Shown: positions 18,520-28,571, counted from the first letter of the stretch. The stretch: DNA of 32,000 bases from Pseudanabaena sp. (GCA_044350865.1 JBILGV010000024.1:1-32000), one strand, 5' to 3'. Notes: generated by a model from the letters alone, not told the origin. Program-made: numbers and translations.

Positions 18520-19806
18520 ATGGGAAATCAACGACCGATCGCTGTGGATTTATTTGCAGGTGTTGGGGGAATGACATTGGGGTTTGAACAAGCAGGGTTT
18601 GATGTACTTGCCTCTGTGGAGATTGACCCCATTCATTGTGCTACCCATGAATATAATTTTCCAATGTGGAAGGTGATTTGTGCCAGTGTTACAGACATAT
18701 CAGGCAAAGAGATTCGTAAAAAATCACAAATAGGCGATCGCGAAGTTGATGTCGTTTTTGGGGGACCACCTTGCCAAGGTTTTTCGCTAATGGGGAAACG
18801 CGCCTTTGACGATCCACGCAATCAATTGGTATCGCATTTTATGCGTTTGGTCAAAGAACTCAACGCTAAGTATTTTGTGATGGAAAATGTCAAAGGTTTA
18901 ACAATCGGCAATCATCGACAATTTTTAGATGAAGTGATTGAGAATTTTAAAGAAAAGGGCTATGACATTCTCAGCCCTTACGAAATTCTTGATGCTTCTT
19001 ATTTTGGTGTCCCTCAACATCGCGAAAGATTATTTTTGATCGGGTGTCGTCAAGGTTTATCGCTTCCCAGTTATCCATTACCAATTACCAAACCAGCCAA
19101 AGCCAAACGTATTGACAAGAAGTTTTCTAATTTATCTGATAGTCCAACTGTGAAAGATGCAATTTCGGACTTGCCAGATATTTCTCAATATCATGAGTTG
19201 ATGAGTCTAGATTATTGTTTGACAGAGCTAGGAAATCCTAGTAAATATGTAGAACTAATTAATAGTTTTACTTCGTCTAATTTTGGTTATAAGCGAAAAT
19301 ATACTAAAGATATCCTTACATCTAGTCTTAGAACGAAACATAAAGACTCATCAATTAAGCGTTTTAAGGAAACATCTCAAGGACAAGTAGAAACCATTAG
19401 TAGATTCTACAAGTTGGATTTAGATGGAATTAGCAATACACTTAGAGCAGGTACACCTAGTAATAGAGGTGCTTTTACATCTCCTCGTCCCATACATCCT
19501 ACTATTCCAAGATGTATTACAGTTAGGGAGGCTGCAAGATTACACAGCTATCCTGATTGGTTTCGTTTTCATAAAACAATCTGGCATGGATTTCGGCAAA
19601 TTGGCAATTCAGTCCCTCCTTTGCTTGCTAGATCCGTAGCTGCTGAAATTATTAGAGGTCTTGACGTAAAACCTTTTATTTCGCGTAAGTTAATTAAATT
19701 GGGAGAAGAGAATTTATTAACCATGAATATGACCGAAGCTGCACAACGGTTTGGAGTTAGTCCAAAAGTTATTGAGCCGAGGCGTAGAAGCACTTTAGGC
19801 GACTAA
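18520..19806 (+). CDS. DNA (cytosine-5-)-methyltransferase
   Basis: AVDLFAGVGGMTLGFEQAGFDVLASVEIDP, VVFGGPPCQGFSLMGKR, VMENVKGL, FGVPQHRERLFLIG, REAARLHSYPDWFRF, RQIGNSVPPLLARSVA. Confidence 0.97.
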   Translation: MGNQRPIAVDLFAGVGGMTLGFEQAGFDVLASVEIDPIHCATHEYNFPMWKVICASVTDISGKEIRKKSQIGDREVDVVFGGPPCQGFSLMGKRAFDDPRNQLVSHFMRLVKELNAKYFVMENVKGLTIGNHRQFLDEVIENFKEKGYDILSPYEILDASYFGVPQHRERLFLIGCRQGLSLPSYPLPITKPAKAKRIDKKFSNLSDSPTVKDAISDLPDISQYHELMSLDYCLTELGNPSKYVELINSFTSSNFGYKRKYTKDILTSSLRTKHKDSSIKRFKETSQGQVETISRFYKLDLDGISNTLRAGTPSNRGAFTSPRPIHPTIPRCITVREAARLHSYPDWFRFHKTIWHGFRQIGNSVPPLLARSVAAEIIRGLDVKPFISRKLIKLGEENLLTMNMTEAAQRFGVSPKVIEPRRRSTLGD

Positions 19807-20255
19807 AAATAAATATCTTCCTTATCCCAAAAGTGAGTAATTGAACGTGGCAATTGAGATGTAATGACTTTTATACCTGAATTTATAAGGTCAGAGTTGA
19901 GAATACGAATAATTTCTCGAACTCCTGCGGCTATTAGCTTACAGTCTCTGGCATTTATATCAGCACTAGTTTTATCCTTGCCATCGATTTCAATTGCTAC
20001 TATTTCTTTACCAGTCCAAAACAGAAAATCAACTTTGATCATTGTGTTAGGTGTACCATCAAAATCAGCAAATGGATCTGATAAGTAAAGATGAGCTTGT
20101 GGTATCGGCAATATAAAATCTGCCCAATGAAGCAATGGATTGGATACATATGGATTGGATGCATTTTGACGATTGATCATACTTTTACAATGCTCAAAAT
20201 ATAGATCAAGAAAACCCTTTTCATACTCACTTTGTAATTCTGAATTTTCTCTCAA
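19803..20255 (-). CDS. Hypothetical protein, possible PD-(D/E)XK-like nuclease
   Basis: MIKVDFLFWTGKEIVAIEIDGKDKTSADINARDCKLIAAGVREIIRI; D...ExD/K-like core; convergent with the methyltransferase with 4-nt overlap. Confidence 0.5.
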   Translation of the reverse strand: MRENSELQSEYEKGFLDLYFEHCKSMINRQNASNPYVSNPLLHWADFILPIPQAHLYLSDPFADFDGTPNTMIKVDFLFWTGKEIVAIEIDGKDKTSADINARDCKLIAAGVREIIRILNSDLINSGIKVITSQLPRSITHFWDKEDIYF

Positions 20256-20276
20256 ATATTTTCCAATGACAGATAA

Positions 20277-20759
20277 GGAGCCGAAGCCCCCGACTGGTTC
20301 TATGTGCCTAATGTCTCACCACTTCTAGATGGAGAATATCGGCGTTCCTACGTTTTGTGGAAAGAATTTGTCGCGCCTTTAATAGCGATCGAGTTTGTAT
20401 CTGGCAGTGGCAAAGAAGAAGGAGATGCCACGCCGCCTAGTGAGTCCGAAAAGGCAAGTAAATTCTGGGTGTATGAACAAGCAATTCGTATTCCTTTTTA
20501 TGCCATTTTTGATACATGGAAAGATAGCCTTGAACTATATCACTTAATTGACGGTCGCTATACCAAGATGCAGCCTAACGATCACGGTCATTACTCTATT
20601 CCGCCGATGGGTGTGGAATTGGGATTGAAATTTGAGAATGGTGTGGCTTGGTTACGCTGGTGGGATGATGCGGGAAATTTGTTGCTGACTGATGACGAGA
20701 GGGCGGAGAAATTGGCTAATTATTTGCGATCGCTGGGCATTAATCCTGATGAAATTTGA
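20277..20759 (+). pseudogene. Uma2 family endonuclease, N-terminally truncated
   Basis: Frame reads GAEAPDWFYVPNVSPLLDGEYRRSYVLWKEFVAPLIAIEFVSGSGKEEGD...KFWVYEQAIRIPFYAIFDTWKDSLELYHLIDGRY; in-frame TAA at 20274 and no Uma2 N-terminal portion. Annotated ORF would start at GTG 20304. Confidence 0.65.
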
Positions 20760-20850
20760 TCGGGCGATCGCGCTCAGATCATCCAGTTAAAAAAATTCAA
20801 GCTAGATTGGTTAAGATAGAGAAAATATTTTTATATAAAAACTTTAGAGC

Positions 20851-22128
20851 ATGATAAAACAGCGCCGTATTTGGTCTTGGCTCACAATTGGATTATTAAT
20901 TGGTGTAATAGCGATCGCTCTTCAGTTTTTTGGGGTTAGTGGTGCAAATGCGGCGATTACCGACTATTTGCAAGAACAAAAATTTCTGACTAATGTTTGG
21001 CAAATCGTTAACCGTTCCTATGTAGATGCTGATTTTAATCATCAGAATTGGTACAAAGTGCGCCGCAAATTTGTCAATCGCAAATTTAATAGCCGCGAAG
21101 AAACTTATACCGCGATTCGGGAAATGTTAGCGACTCTGGATGATCCGTTTACGCGATTTCTGGAGCCAGACAAGTTTAAAAGTATGCAAACTAGCACTTC
21201 AGGGGAATTAACGGGCGTAGGACTACAAATCGCTGTCGATGAAACGAACAATGTCACCGTAATTGCACCGATCGAAGGTTCGCCTGCGGATATGGCAGGA
21301 GTGCGATCGCGTGATCGCATCGTTGGCATTGATAATATTCCGACAAAGGGATTAACCCTTGATGAATGTGCGACCAGAATGCGTGGCAAAATTGGTTCGG
21401 AGGTCAAGTTAACTCTGGAGCGACCTCTCGCCGATGGTAAAGGTTTTGAGAATCTGGATGTATTGCTAAAACGCGATCGCATTGCGGTCACACCGATTAT
21501 GGCAAAGCTCAATCAAGAGGCAAATCATAAAGTCGGCTATATCCGTTTAAATCAATTCAATGGCAATGCAGCGATCGACATGCAAAAAACACTGCAAAAG
21601 TTTGAAGCAGAAGGTGCAGATCGCTATGTTCTTGATTTACGCGGCAATCCTGGGGGGCTATTTGATGCGGGGTTACAGATTGCGCGGATGTGGATTCCAG
21701 ATGGAACTGTCGTGTATACCGTTGATCGTCATGGTGTACAGGAGAGCTTTGAAGCTAAAGGTGATGCGATTACCAATGATCCTCTAGTTGTTCTGACCGA
21801 TGGAGGTTCGGCTAGCGCTAGTGAGATTCTCGCAGGGGCTTTGCAAGAGAACGATCGCGCTCAGTTAGTTGGTACAAAAACTTTTGGCAAGGGTTTAATT
21901 CAATCTCTGTACGAATTGGAAGATGGGGCAGGATTAGCCGTTACGATCGCTAAATATGAAACGCCATTACATCACAATATTCATAAGCGGGGAATTATCC
22001 CTAATGTAGAAGTTGTTCTTACGGAGCCAATTACGCGCAAACAACTCGGCACAAACGAAGATCCGCAATATGTAGCAGCCCTATCGGTTTTGGATGGAAC
22101 TTACAAGAATACACTTGCAAAATCATAA
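20851..22128 (+). CDS. Carboxyl-terminal processing protease (S41 family, PDZ)
   Basis: DDPFTRFLEPDKFK, PDZ GVGLQIAVDE..., YVLDLRGNPGGLFDAGLQIARMWIP, VLTDGGSASASEILAGALQENDRAQLVGTKTFGKGLIQS. Confidence 0.95.
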   Translation: MIKQRRIWSWLTIGLLIGVIAIALQFFGVSGANAAITDYLQEQKFLTNVWQIVNRSYVDADFNHQNWYKVRRKFVNRKFNSREETYTAIREMLATLDDPFTRFLEPDKFKSMQTSTSGELTGVGLQIAVDETNNVTVIAPIEGSPADMAGVRSRDRIVGIDNIPTKGLTLDECATRMRGKIGSEVKLTLERPLADGKGFENLDVLLKRDRIAVTPIMAKLNQEANHKVGYIRLNQFNGNAAIDMQKTLQKFEAEGADRYVLDLRGNPGGLFDAGLQIARMWIPDGTVVYTVDRHGVQESFEAKGDAITNDPLVVLTDGGSASASEILAGALQENDRAQLVGTKTFGKGLIQSLYELEDGAGLAVTIAKYETPLHHNIHKRGIIPNVEVVLTEPITRKQLGTNEDPQYVAALSVLDGTYKNTLAKS

Positions 22129-22170
22129 CCATAGGATTTACGCAAAATCACTTTGCAGCCGTTATTTCAG

Positions 22171-22200
22171 GATAGTGGCAATTCATGAATTGCCACTATC
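22171..22200. repeat. Perfect 30-nt palindrome (REP/terminator-like)
   Basis: gatagtggcaattcatgaattgccactatc equals its reverse complement; includes the stop codon of the minus-strand TrmH-family gene. Confidence 0.85.
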
Positions 22201-22996
22201 CCTTTGGGACTAATGCTCTTTGGCGTTTAGCTTCATACAGCAACAAAGCCGCACAAATAGATACATTTAATGACTCAACCCGATCGCTTTGAGGAATTGA
22301 TACTACCTCATCAGCAAGTTCTATTAATTCTTCGGATAATCCGTTCCCCTCATTTCCCAATAAAATTAAAGTTGGCTGAGTGAAATCATAATCCCAATAG
22401 GTTTTCTCGGCGCTTGCCACTGTGGCGATCGCCTTAACACCTTGAGATTGCAATTTACGAATATCATCAGCAATTTGATTGGAGGTTTGCATCGCGCAGC
22501 GAAACCACTGCCCTGCGGTGGCACGAATAATTTTGGGATTGGTTAAATCGACACAATCACTACTGACTAAAATGCCATCAATTTCAACCGCAACTGATGA
22601 TCGCACGATCGCTCCAATATTTCCAGGGTCTTGAATTGTCTCTAATGCTAAACCCAATGTCTGAATATTCGCTATTTGCTGCGATGGTAATGGCGCAGCC
22701 GCGATCGCCCCATCAGGATTTTTGGTAGTTGCAATCCACAGAAGTACTTCTTCAGAAACTATTTCTAAACGTTCGATTTTATCCGTAGCTGTTTCAATTT
22801 GTTCATATAGTTCTGGATTAGCGGCGATCCACTTTTCAGTACAGCAAACTATGGAGAGGGGGTAAGCACAGGCGATCGCTTCTGTAATGGCATGGGTTCC
22901 TTCTATTAAAAAAAGTCCCTCCTCCCTACGATTTTTTGCACTTTCGCCAAGCGATCGTAATTGTTTGACTAATAGATTTTTGGTACTGGTAAGCAA
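22196..22996 (-). CDS. TrmH family RNA methyltransferase
   Basis: LVKQLRSLGESAKNRREEGLFLIEGTHAITEA..., ALETIQDPGNIGAIVRSSVAVEIDGIL, LLGNEGNGLSEELI, VSIPQSDRVESLNVSICAALLLYE. Confidence 0.93.
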   Translation of the reverse strand: MLTSTKNLLVKQLRSLGESAKNRREEGLFLIEGTHAITEAIACAYPLSIVCCTEKWIAANPELYEQIETATDKIERLEIVSEEVLLWIATTKNPDGAIAAAPLPSQQIANIQTLGLALETIQDPGNIGAIVRSSVAVEIDGILVSSDCVDLTNPKIIRATAGQWFRCAMQTSNQIADDIRKLQSQGVKAIATVASAEKTYWDYDFTQPTLILLGNEGNGLSEELIELADEVVSIPQSDRVESLNVSICAALLLYEAKRQRALVPKG

Positions 22997-23084
22997 TGGC
23001 TAACTCCTGCGAAATCAAAACAAAAGAAAAGTTCAAAATTACCGCAAAGCAGCACTTTTGAACTTTTCCTTGGACTATAAAAAT

Positions 23085-24146
23085 TTAAGCTTCTGTAGTT
23101 TCTTCGGCAACTTCTTCAGATACAACTTCTTCGGCAGGAATTTCAACAGGAATTTCCGCTTCTTCCATCGCATCAGGAACTTCGTATTCTTCCTCTTCAG
23201 CCGAGCCTTCAACTACTGCAACAGGAATTTCCATTACCGCAGGAGGTGCATTGAGTTGTTCGCGATATTTCGCAGCCATCTCTTCAGCCTTAGCGTAAAC
23301 CAGTTGAGGGTCTTTGACCATATCACCTGGTTCAGCTTCAAGTTGCTTGGTGGAGAGGGAAATACGTCCGCGCTCTGCATCAAGGTCGATGATCATGACC
23401 TTCACTTCGTCATTGACGTTGAACACGTTGTGAGGAGTTTCGATATGCTCGTGGGAGATTTCGGAAATGTGCAGCAAGCCACTGACACCACCGATGTCGA
23501 TAAATGCACCGTAGGGCTTGATACCGCGTACTACGCCGATGACGACTTCGCCAACTTCGAGCTTGTTCATCTTGCGCTCGACAAGGGCGCGGCGATGGCT
23601 GAGGACGAGACGGTTACGGTCTTCATCCACTTCCAAGAATTTGAGTGGCAACTCTTCGCCAACCAATTCTTCCTTGGGCTTGCGGGTGCTGATGTGAGAT
23701 CCAGGGATAAATCCGCGTAGTCCTTCGATTCTGACCAGTGCGCCACCACGGTTGGTAGCAAAAATAAGCGATCGCACAGTTGCGTCTTCTGCTTGCAACT
23801 GGCGTACACGTTCCCATGCTCTCATGTACTCGATGCGACGAATCGAAAGGGTTAGTTGTCCTTCTTCGTTTTCGTCGGCAAGAATGAAAAATTCACGGGT
23901 CTCGTTGTTTTGTAAAACTTCTTCAGGTTGATCAACGCGGTTGATCGACATTTCCTGAATCGGGATGTAGGCTGCTGTTTTTGCACCAATGTCAATAAGT
24001 GCGCCTCTGGGCTCGATGCTGAATACTGTGCCTGCAACGATGTCGCCAGGGCTGAAGTGATAATCGTATTTGTCTAAAAGTTTTGCAAAATCTTCATGAG
24101 TGAAGCCGACATTGGTAGCTGTGGCAGTTTTGGCCCGATTGATCAT
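23085..24146 (-). CDS. rpsA: 30S ribosomal protein S1
   Basis: Three S1 repeats (GDIVAGTVFSIEPRGALIDIGAKTAAYIPIQE; GALVRIEGLRGFIPGSHI; GEVVIGVVRGIKPYGAFIDIGGVSGLLHISEISHEHI). Confidence 0.96.
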   Translation of the reverse strand: MINRAKTATATNVGFTHEDFAKLLDKYDYHFSPGDIVAGTVFSIEPRGALIDIGAKTAAYIPIQEMSINRVDQPEEVLQNNETREFFILADENEEGQLTLSIRRIEYMRAWERVRQLQAEDATVRSLIFATNRGGALVRIEGLRGFIPGSHISTRKPKEELVGEELPLKFLEVDEDRNRLVLSHRRALVERKMNKLEVGEVVIGVVRGIKPYGAFIDIGGVSGLLHISEISHEHIETPHNVFNVNDEVKVMIIDLDAERGRISLSTKQLEAEPGDMVKDPQLVYAKAEEMAAKYREQLNAPPAVMEIPVAVVEGSAEEEEYEVPDAMEEAEIPVEIPAEEVVSEEVAEETTEA

Positions 24147-24338
24147 AACTAAATTTTTCCTTGTTCCTGTTTTGAATTTATCTGGTTTCCTCCCAGAAAT
24201 GTAAGAGCATTAGCCACTAAAGCTTGTTGCGGTTTACATCCTACGCCTATTAATGTTGTTAATATTTTATTGATATTTAGTAAAATGTATAGGCATAGGT
24301 TTGCAATCATAGCATATTAAAACTGAATCAAGGAAGTG

Positions 24339-25706
24339 TTAGCAAATATTTTTTTGTAACTTCACCATAAAAAAGCCATCCATGTTATGCACATGGGGCA
24401 GAACTTTAACCCATCCCCGATCGCTTGCAAAGTGAGCCGCAGGGTTATCGGCATCGGGCGGGACAATTTGCCAATCGGGATGATTTGATAAAAACTGGGT
24501 GATTACTTCTTCGTTTTCGGCGGGATGCAACGTGCAAGTACTGTACACAATTACGCCTTCAGGTTTTACCCATGTCGTAGCGCGATCGAGAATTTCGGCT
24601 TGAGTTTTCGCTAATTTATAGGGTTCATCAGGAGTTTGTCGCCAACGTGCATCCGCATGACGATGTAATGTTCCTAAGCCTGAGCAAGGCACATCTAATA
24701 AAACGCGATCGCATTTAGAATTTACCGAACTTTCAGGCAGTCCCGTAAATTCCCGCGCATCAATTTCAATGGTCTCAACATTGCTAATCCCCAAACGCGC
24801 TGTGTTTTGATCAACTTTTTTAAGGCGACTGGCTAGGCGATCAAGGGCGTAAACTTTTCCCGTATTTTTAAGGCGATCGCTGATATGTGTAGTCTTTCCC
24901 CCAGGAGCAGCGCAAGCATCAATAATGATCTCATTGGGCTGGGGATCAAGTAAATAGGTGACTAATTGAGCGCTTGCATCTTGAACCGACCACCAACCCT
25001 CTTTAAATTTCGGTAATTTACTGACATCGCCAGCACCTTGCCCCACGCGAATACCATCGGGTAAATAGGGAATTGGCGCAGCTTCTATTTCAGCTTCAGC
25101 AAAGGCTGCTAGAACTTGATCCCGCGTTGCATGTAAAAGGTTTACTCGTAAATCGAGATGGGGCGTTTGATTAAACCAATTGCAAATATCCGCGATCGCT
25201 TCTTGCCCAAATTCTTTTTGCCATAACTCGATTAACCATTCTGGATAACTATAATAGTTAGAAGGATCAGCAATATTTGCCAGCAAATCCCCCTTGTCTT
25301 TAGCTCTGAGTATAGATCGCATCACCCCATTTACAAATCCAGACAAACCCTTGAGATTATTCTCTTTGACCAACTCTACAGTGGTATGCACGATCGCTGA
25401 TGGCTTAATGCGATCAAGAAAACATAGCTGATAGACACCAATCTGTAAGATTATTAATATATCTGGCGGTAACTTAGTGATCGGTTTTTGTAAAAAGTTT
25501 TGCAAAACTGCGTCCAAGGTCTTCTGGCGGCGCGTGCATCCATAGACTAATTCGGTGATCAGACGGCGATCGCTTTCTGGGAGAATTACCTCATCTTGTC
25601 GCGATCGTGAAAGCGTGCAGTCTAGCGCAACATCTGCGTAAGCCTTGCGCCTTTGGATCAATCGAAGGGTTTCTAAGGCAATCTGTCGAGAATTTTTATT
25701 CGTCAT
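24339..25706 (-). CDS. rsmB: 16S rRNA (cytosine(967)-C(5))-methyltransferase
   Basis: NusB-like N-terminus (RQIALETLRLIQRRKAYADVAL), IIDACAAPGGKTTHISD, DRVLLDVPCSGLGTLHRHADARW, YSTCTLHPAENEEVI. Confidence 0.95.
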   Translation of the reverse strand: MTNKNSRQIALETLRLIQRRKAYADVALDCTLSRSRQDEVILPESDRRLITELVYGCTRRQKTLDAVLQNFLQKPITKLPPDILIILQIGVYQLCFLDRIKPSAIVHTTVELVKENNLKGLSGFVNGVMRSILRAKDKGDLLANIADPSNYYSYPEWLIELWQKEFGQEAIADICNWFNQTPHLDLRVNLLHATRDQVLAAFAEAEIEAAPIPYLPDGIRVGQGAGDVSKLPKFKEGWWSVQDASAQLVTYLLDPQPNEIIIDACAAPGGKTTHISDRLKNTGKVYALDRLASRLKKVDQNTARLGISNVETIEIDAREFTGLPESSVNSKCDRVLLDVPCSGLGTLHRHADARWRQTPDEPYKLAKTQAEILDRATTWVKPEGVIVYSTCTLHPAENEEVITQFLSNHPDWQIVPPDADNPAAHFASDRGWVKVLPHVHNMDGFFMVKLQKNIC

Positions 25707-25939
25707 CGGCGATGTTCTTTAACGTGAACTTAATGTTAGTTAGCCTAGCTAATTAGTAAAATTGCATGTGGAAATTACTGAATTAGCAAAATTAAATGAT
25801 TGCACAGTAGACAAGTGCGACCATTATTTGGTATCTAAGAGCGTAGATTGAGATGATTTTTAATCATCTGTTACAAAGCTGTAAAAAAGCTTACTATCTA
25901 AAACAAGTGTGGTGATTACTGTGGGTGTGAGGAGCGGCA

Positions 25940-27040
25940 ATGGTTGATACTGGTGTGAGAGTCAGGAAAGCGAAATTCTCGTCTGGGAGTACCCTAGCAC
26001 TTGGATTAGCGATCAGTTTAATAAGTTTAATAGTTGGTGTCGATCTTTTCCTACATCCGAACATAAGTTCTGGTCTATTACTGCCCTTTACCTTCGGTGC
26101 TGGTGGGGTGGCTATACTGGGGAATTTTGCAGTACCAGTTTTACGACGACTTAAGGCTGGACAGATCATCCGCGAAGATGGTCCCCAAGCGCATCTCAAG
26201 AAGCAAGGCACGCCCACGATGGGGGGGATATTCATTATACCTGTCGGGATTATTCTAGGGCTGGTATGGTCAGGATTTAATGACAAAGTTATAGCTTGTA
26301 GTTTACTGACTCTTTCCTTTGCTTTCATCGGCTGGTTGGATGATTGGAAAATTTTACGCCGCCACTCCAATAAAGGTTTATCTCCACGCTCAAAGCTTTT
26401 ACTCCAAGCTTTATTTTCGGCAGCTTTCTGTGGCTGGTTAGCTTTAACTCAAAACTGGCAAGCGATCGCTACTGTCAATTTACCTCTACATTATGCGCTC
26501 CCACTTGGCTTATTGTTTTTTCCCCTTGCGTTGTTTGTATTTCTCGGCAGCAGCAATGCGACTAATCTCACCGATGGTTTAGATGGTCTGGCGGGTGGTA
26601 CTGGGGCGATCGCTCTATTCGGGATGGCAATTTTGCTATTTCCGCAGAATAAAGAATTAGCAATTTTCTGTATGTGTCTCAGTGGTAGCTATTTAGGTTT
26701 CCTTTGGCACAATCGCTATCCTGCTCGTGTATTTATGGGTGATACGGGATCACTAGCTTTGGGTGGAGCGCTTGCTTCAACGGCGATTCTAGGAAATTTA
26801 CTTTGGGCTTTTGCCATTATTGGTGCAATCTTTGTCTGGGAATCGATTTCGGTGATTGCACAGGTCAGCTATTACAAAGCCACTAAAGATGAAACTGGTA
26901 TGGGTAAACGTCTATTCAGAATGGCTCCTTTTCACCACCATTTAGAGTTAAGCGGCTGGCATGAGTTACATGTAGTCAGAGCTTTTTATCTAACTGGTGT
27001 TTTCTTAGTAGGGCTGGCTATTTTGATTAGCAAACTCTAG
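25940..27040 (+). CDS. mraY: Phospho-N-acetylmuramoyl-pentapeptide-transferase
   Basis: REDGPQAHLKKQGTPTMGGI, NATNLTDGLDGLAGG, NRYPARVFMGDTGSLALGGAL, RMAPFHHHLELSGWHE. Confidence 0.96.
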   Translation: MVDTGVRVRKAKFSSGSTLALGLAISLISLIVGVDLFLHPNISSGLLLPFTFGAGGVAILGNFAVPVLRRLKAGQIIREDGPQAHLKKQGTPTMGGIFIIPVGIILGLVWSGFNDKVIACSLLTLSFAFIGWLDDWKILRRHSNKGLSPRSKLLLQALFSAAFCGWLALTQNWQAIATVNLPLHYALPLGLLFFPLALFVFLGSSNATNLTDGLDGLAGGTGAIALFGMAILLFPQNKELAIFCMCLSGSYLGFLWHNRYPARVFMGDTGSLALGGALASTAILGNLLWAFAIIGAIFVWESISVIAQVSYYKATKDETGMGKRLFRMAPFHHHLELSGWHELHVVRAFYLTGVFLVGLAILISKL

Positions 27041-27092
27041 ATTTTTAGTCAAATTGTTATAAGCTAAGAAGCTGCACACCAGTAGCCCCGTC

Positions 27093-28571
27093 ATGCGTAG
27101 TAGTAGACCCCGATATTCCCCCTCTTGGCATTCCAAACGCAAATCATCGTCTTGGTTGCGAAATACTTTGCTTTTAATTTTCGTTGGCTTGCCATTGCTA
27201 TTTATCTTGGCTGAACTGATTGCACGCGGAGCAGTTTTGGCTACAGGCAGTACAAATCAACTAGCACCCAACAAAAACGTAGCGATCGCCCAATCCTATG
27301 CATTTAAATTGCAGGATGTCAACGGCAACAGCTATCCTGGCTTGCCAGATTCAGGTCGATTACAAGTGAAGCGTAGTCCCCTATTGGGCTATGAATTGAT
27401 GCCTAGCCAAAGTAGTGAATATTGGCAGATCAATGATCAAGGCTTCCGCCAAGATTCATCCGTTCCTATTGAGAAACCCCCTTCAGAAATCCGTGTATTT
27501 TTAGTGGGCGGTTCGACCGCTTTCACGAATATGGCGGAAAAAAATCAAAAAGCCCTAGCTTTTAAAATAGAAAAATTACTTAACGATCGCGTCCGCGCTC
27601 AAAATAGCAGTCCTGAAAAATTTAAACCCAAGGAAACTCCCTATTTTGCTGATCAAATTGAAGCGACCCGAATGCTACCACCCCGCATTCGCGATGGTAG
27701 TTATCGAGTAATTGCTTCCGCAGTCCCTGGTTATAGCTCTGGCAATGAACTCGCCTTGCTTGCCCATAAGGTCATGGCTTATAGCCCTAATGCGTTGATC
27801 ATCCTTGATGGCTATGAGGATTTGCGATCGCCTAGTAATCAGACTGCGCGTGAAATCGGGAATGTAGAGCAGATGCTGCGTGATCCGATCGCCCAATATC
27901 GCCAACATCAAGCCCAGCAGTTTAACAACTGGACAAATTCTTTGTATTTGGTCAAGGCTTGGCAAAAGTGGGTAGTTCCCGCCGATATCACCACATTTAG
28001 CTCGGAATATCAAATTTTTAGCGCTGATCAACTGAGCAAAGATCCCAAGGAAGTTCAAGCAAGAGTAGATCGTTATCTGTATAACGCTCGGCAAATGAAT
28101 CGCTTGGCGGCTGATATTCCCACTTTAATCGTGTTGCAACCTGAGATCACAGGCAAACAAAAATCTTTAACCAAAGAAGAGGATGGCATTGTCAAGTCTC
28201 TGGGCAAAGATTATAGCGATCGCGCCATGAATGCTTACAAGATCGCTGATAAGACTTTAAGCACTGGGTTAACCACCGCTAAATTCATCAATTTCTATCA
28301 ACTATTTCAAGACTCTAATCAACAAGCCTTTATCGATCCGATCCATCTCACTGAAGGCGCTAATGAAATAGTTGCCCAAAAATTGTACGAAAGTATTGAG
28401 GGGCTATTTTCCGTACAACCGATTCAAAATTCGCAAAATAGCGAAGTCGGAGTACCACCAACATCGCCGATAGCCGTGCAGCCAACACCCCAGCCTGTAG
28501 CTACTCCCGAAGCAATCAGCAAGCCTCCCGCAAGTCTTTCGGAGACACTGCAACGTGTCCAAGGTCAATAG
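27093..28571 (+). CDS. SGNH/GDSL hydrolase-like, membrane-anchored protein
   Basis: N-terminal TM segment; IRVFLVGGSTAFTNMAEKNQKALAFKIEKLL; SAVPGYSSGNELALLAHKVMAYSPNALIILDGYEDL; FIDPIHLTEGANEIVAQ. Confidence 0.75.
   Translation: MRSSRPRYSPSWHSKRKSSSWLRNTLLLIFVGLPLLFILAELIARGAVLATGSTNQLAPNKNVAIAQSYAFKLQDVNGNSYPGLPDSGRLQVKRSPLLGYELMPSQSSEYWQINDQGFRQDSSVPIEKPPSEIRVFLVGGSTAFTNMAEKNQKALAFKIEKLLNDRVRAQNSSPEKFKPKETPYFADQIEATRMLPPRIRDGSYRVIASAVPGYSSGNELALLAHKVMAYSPNALIILDGYEDLRSPSNQTAREIGNVEQMLRDPIAQYRQHQAQQFNNWTNSLYLVKAWQKWVVPADITTFSSEYQIFSADQLSKDPKEVQARVDRYLYNARQMNRLAADIPTLIVLQPEITGKQKSLTKEEDGIVKSLGKDYSDRAMNAYKIADKTLSTGLTTAKFINFYQLFQDSNQQAFIDPIHLTEGANEIVAQKLYESIEGLFSVQPIQNSQNSEVGVPPTSPIAVQPTPQPVATPEAISKPPASLSETLQRVQGQ

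Noticed and set aside
19803-19806. 4-nt overlap between methyltransferase and nuclease-like ORF taken as translational coupling
   Set aside because: The genes are convergent, so the overlap joins their 3' ends and cannot couple translation.
23058-23720. 220-aa plus-strand ORF rich in F, N and R
   Set aside because: Antisense to ribosomal protein S1; low-complexity composition typical of a shadow ORF.
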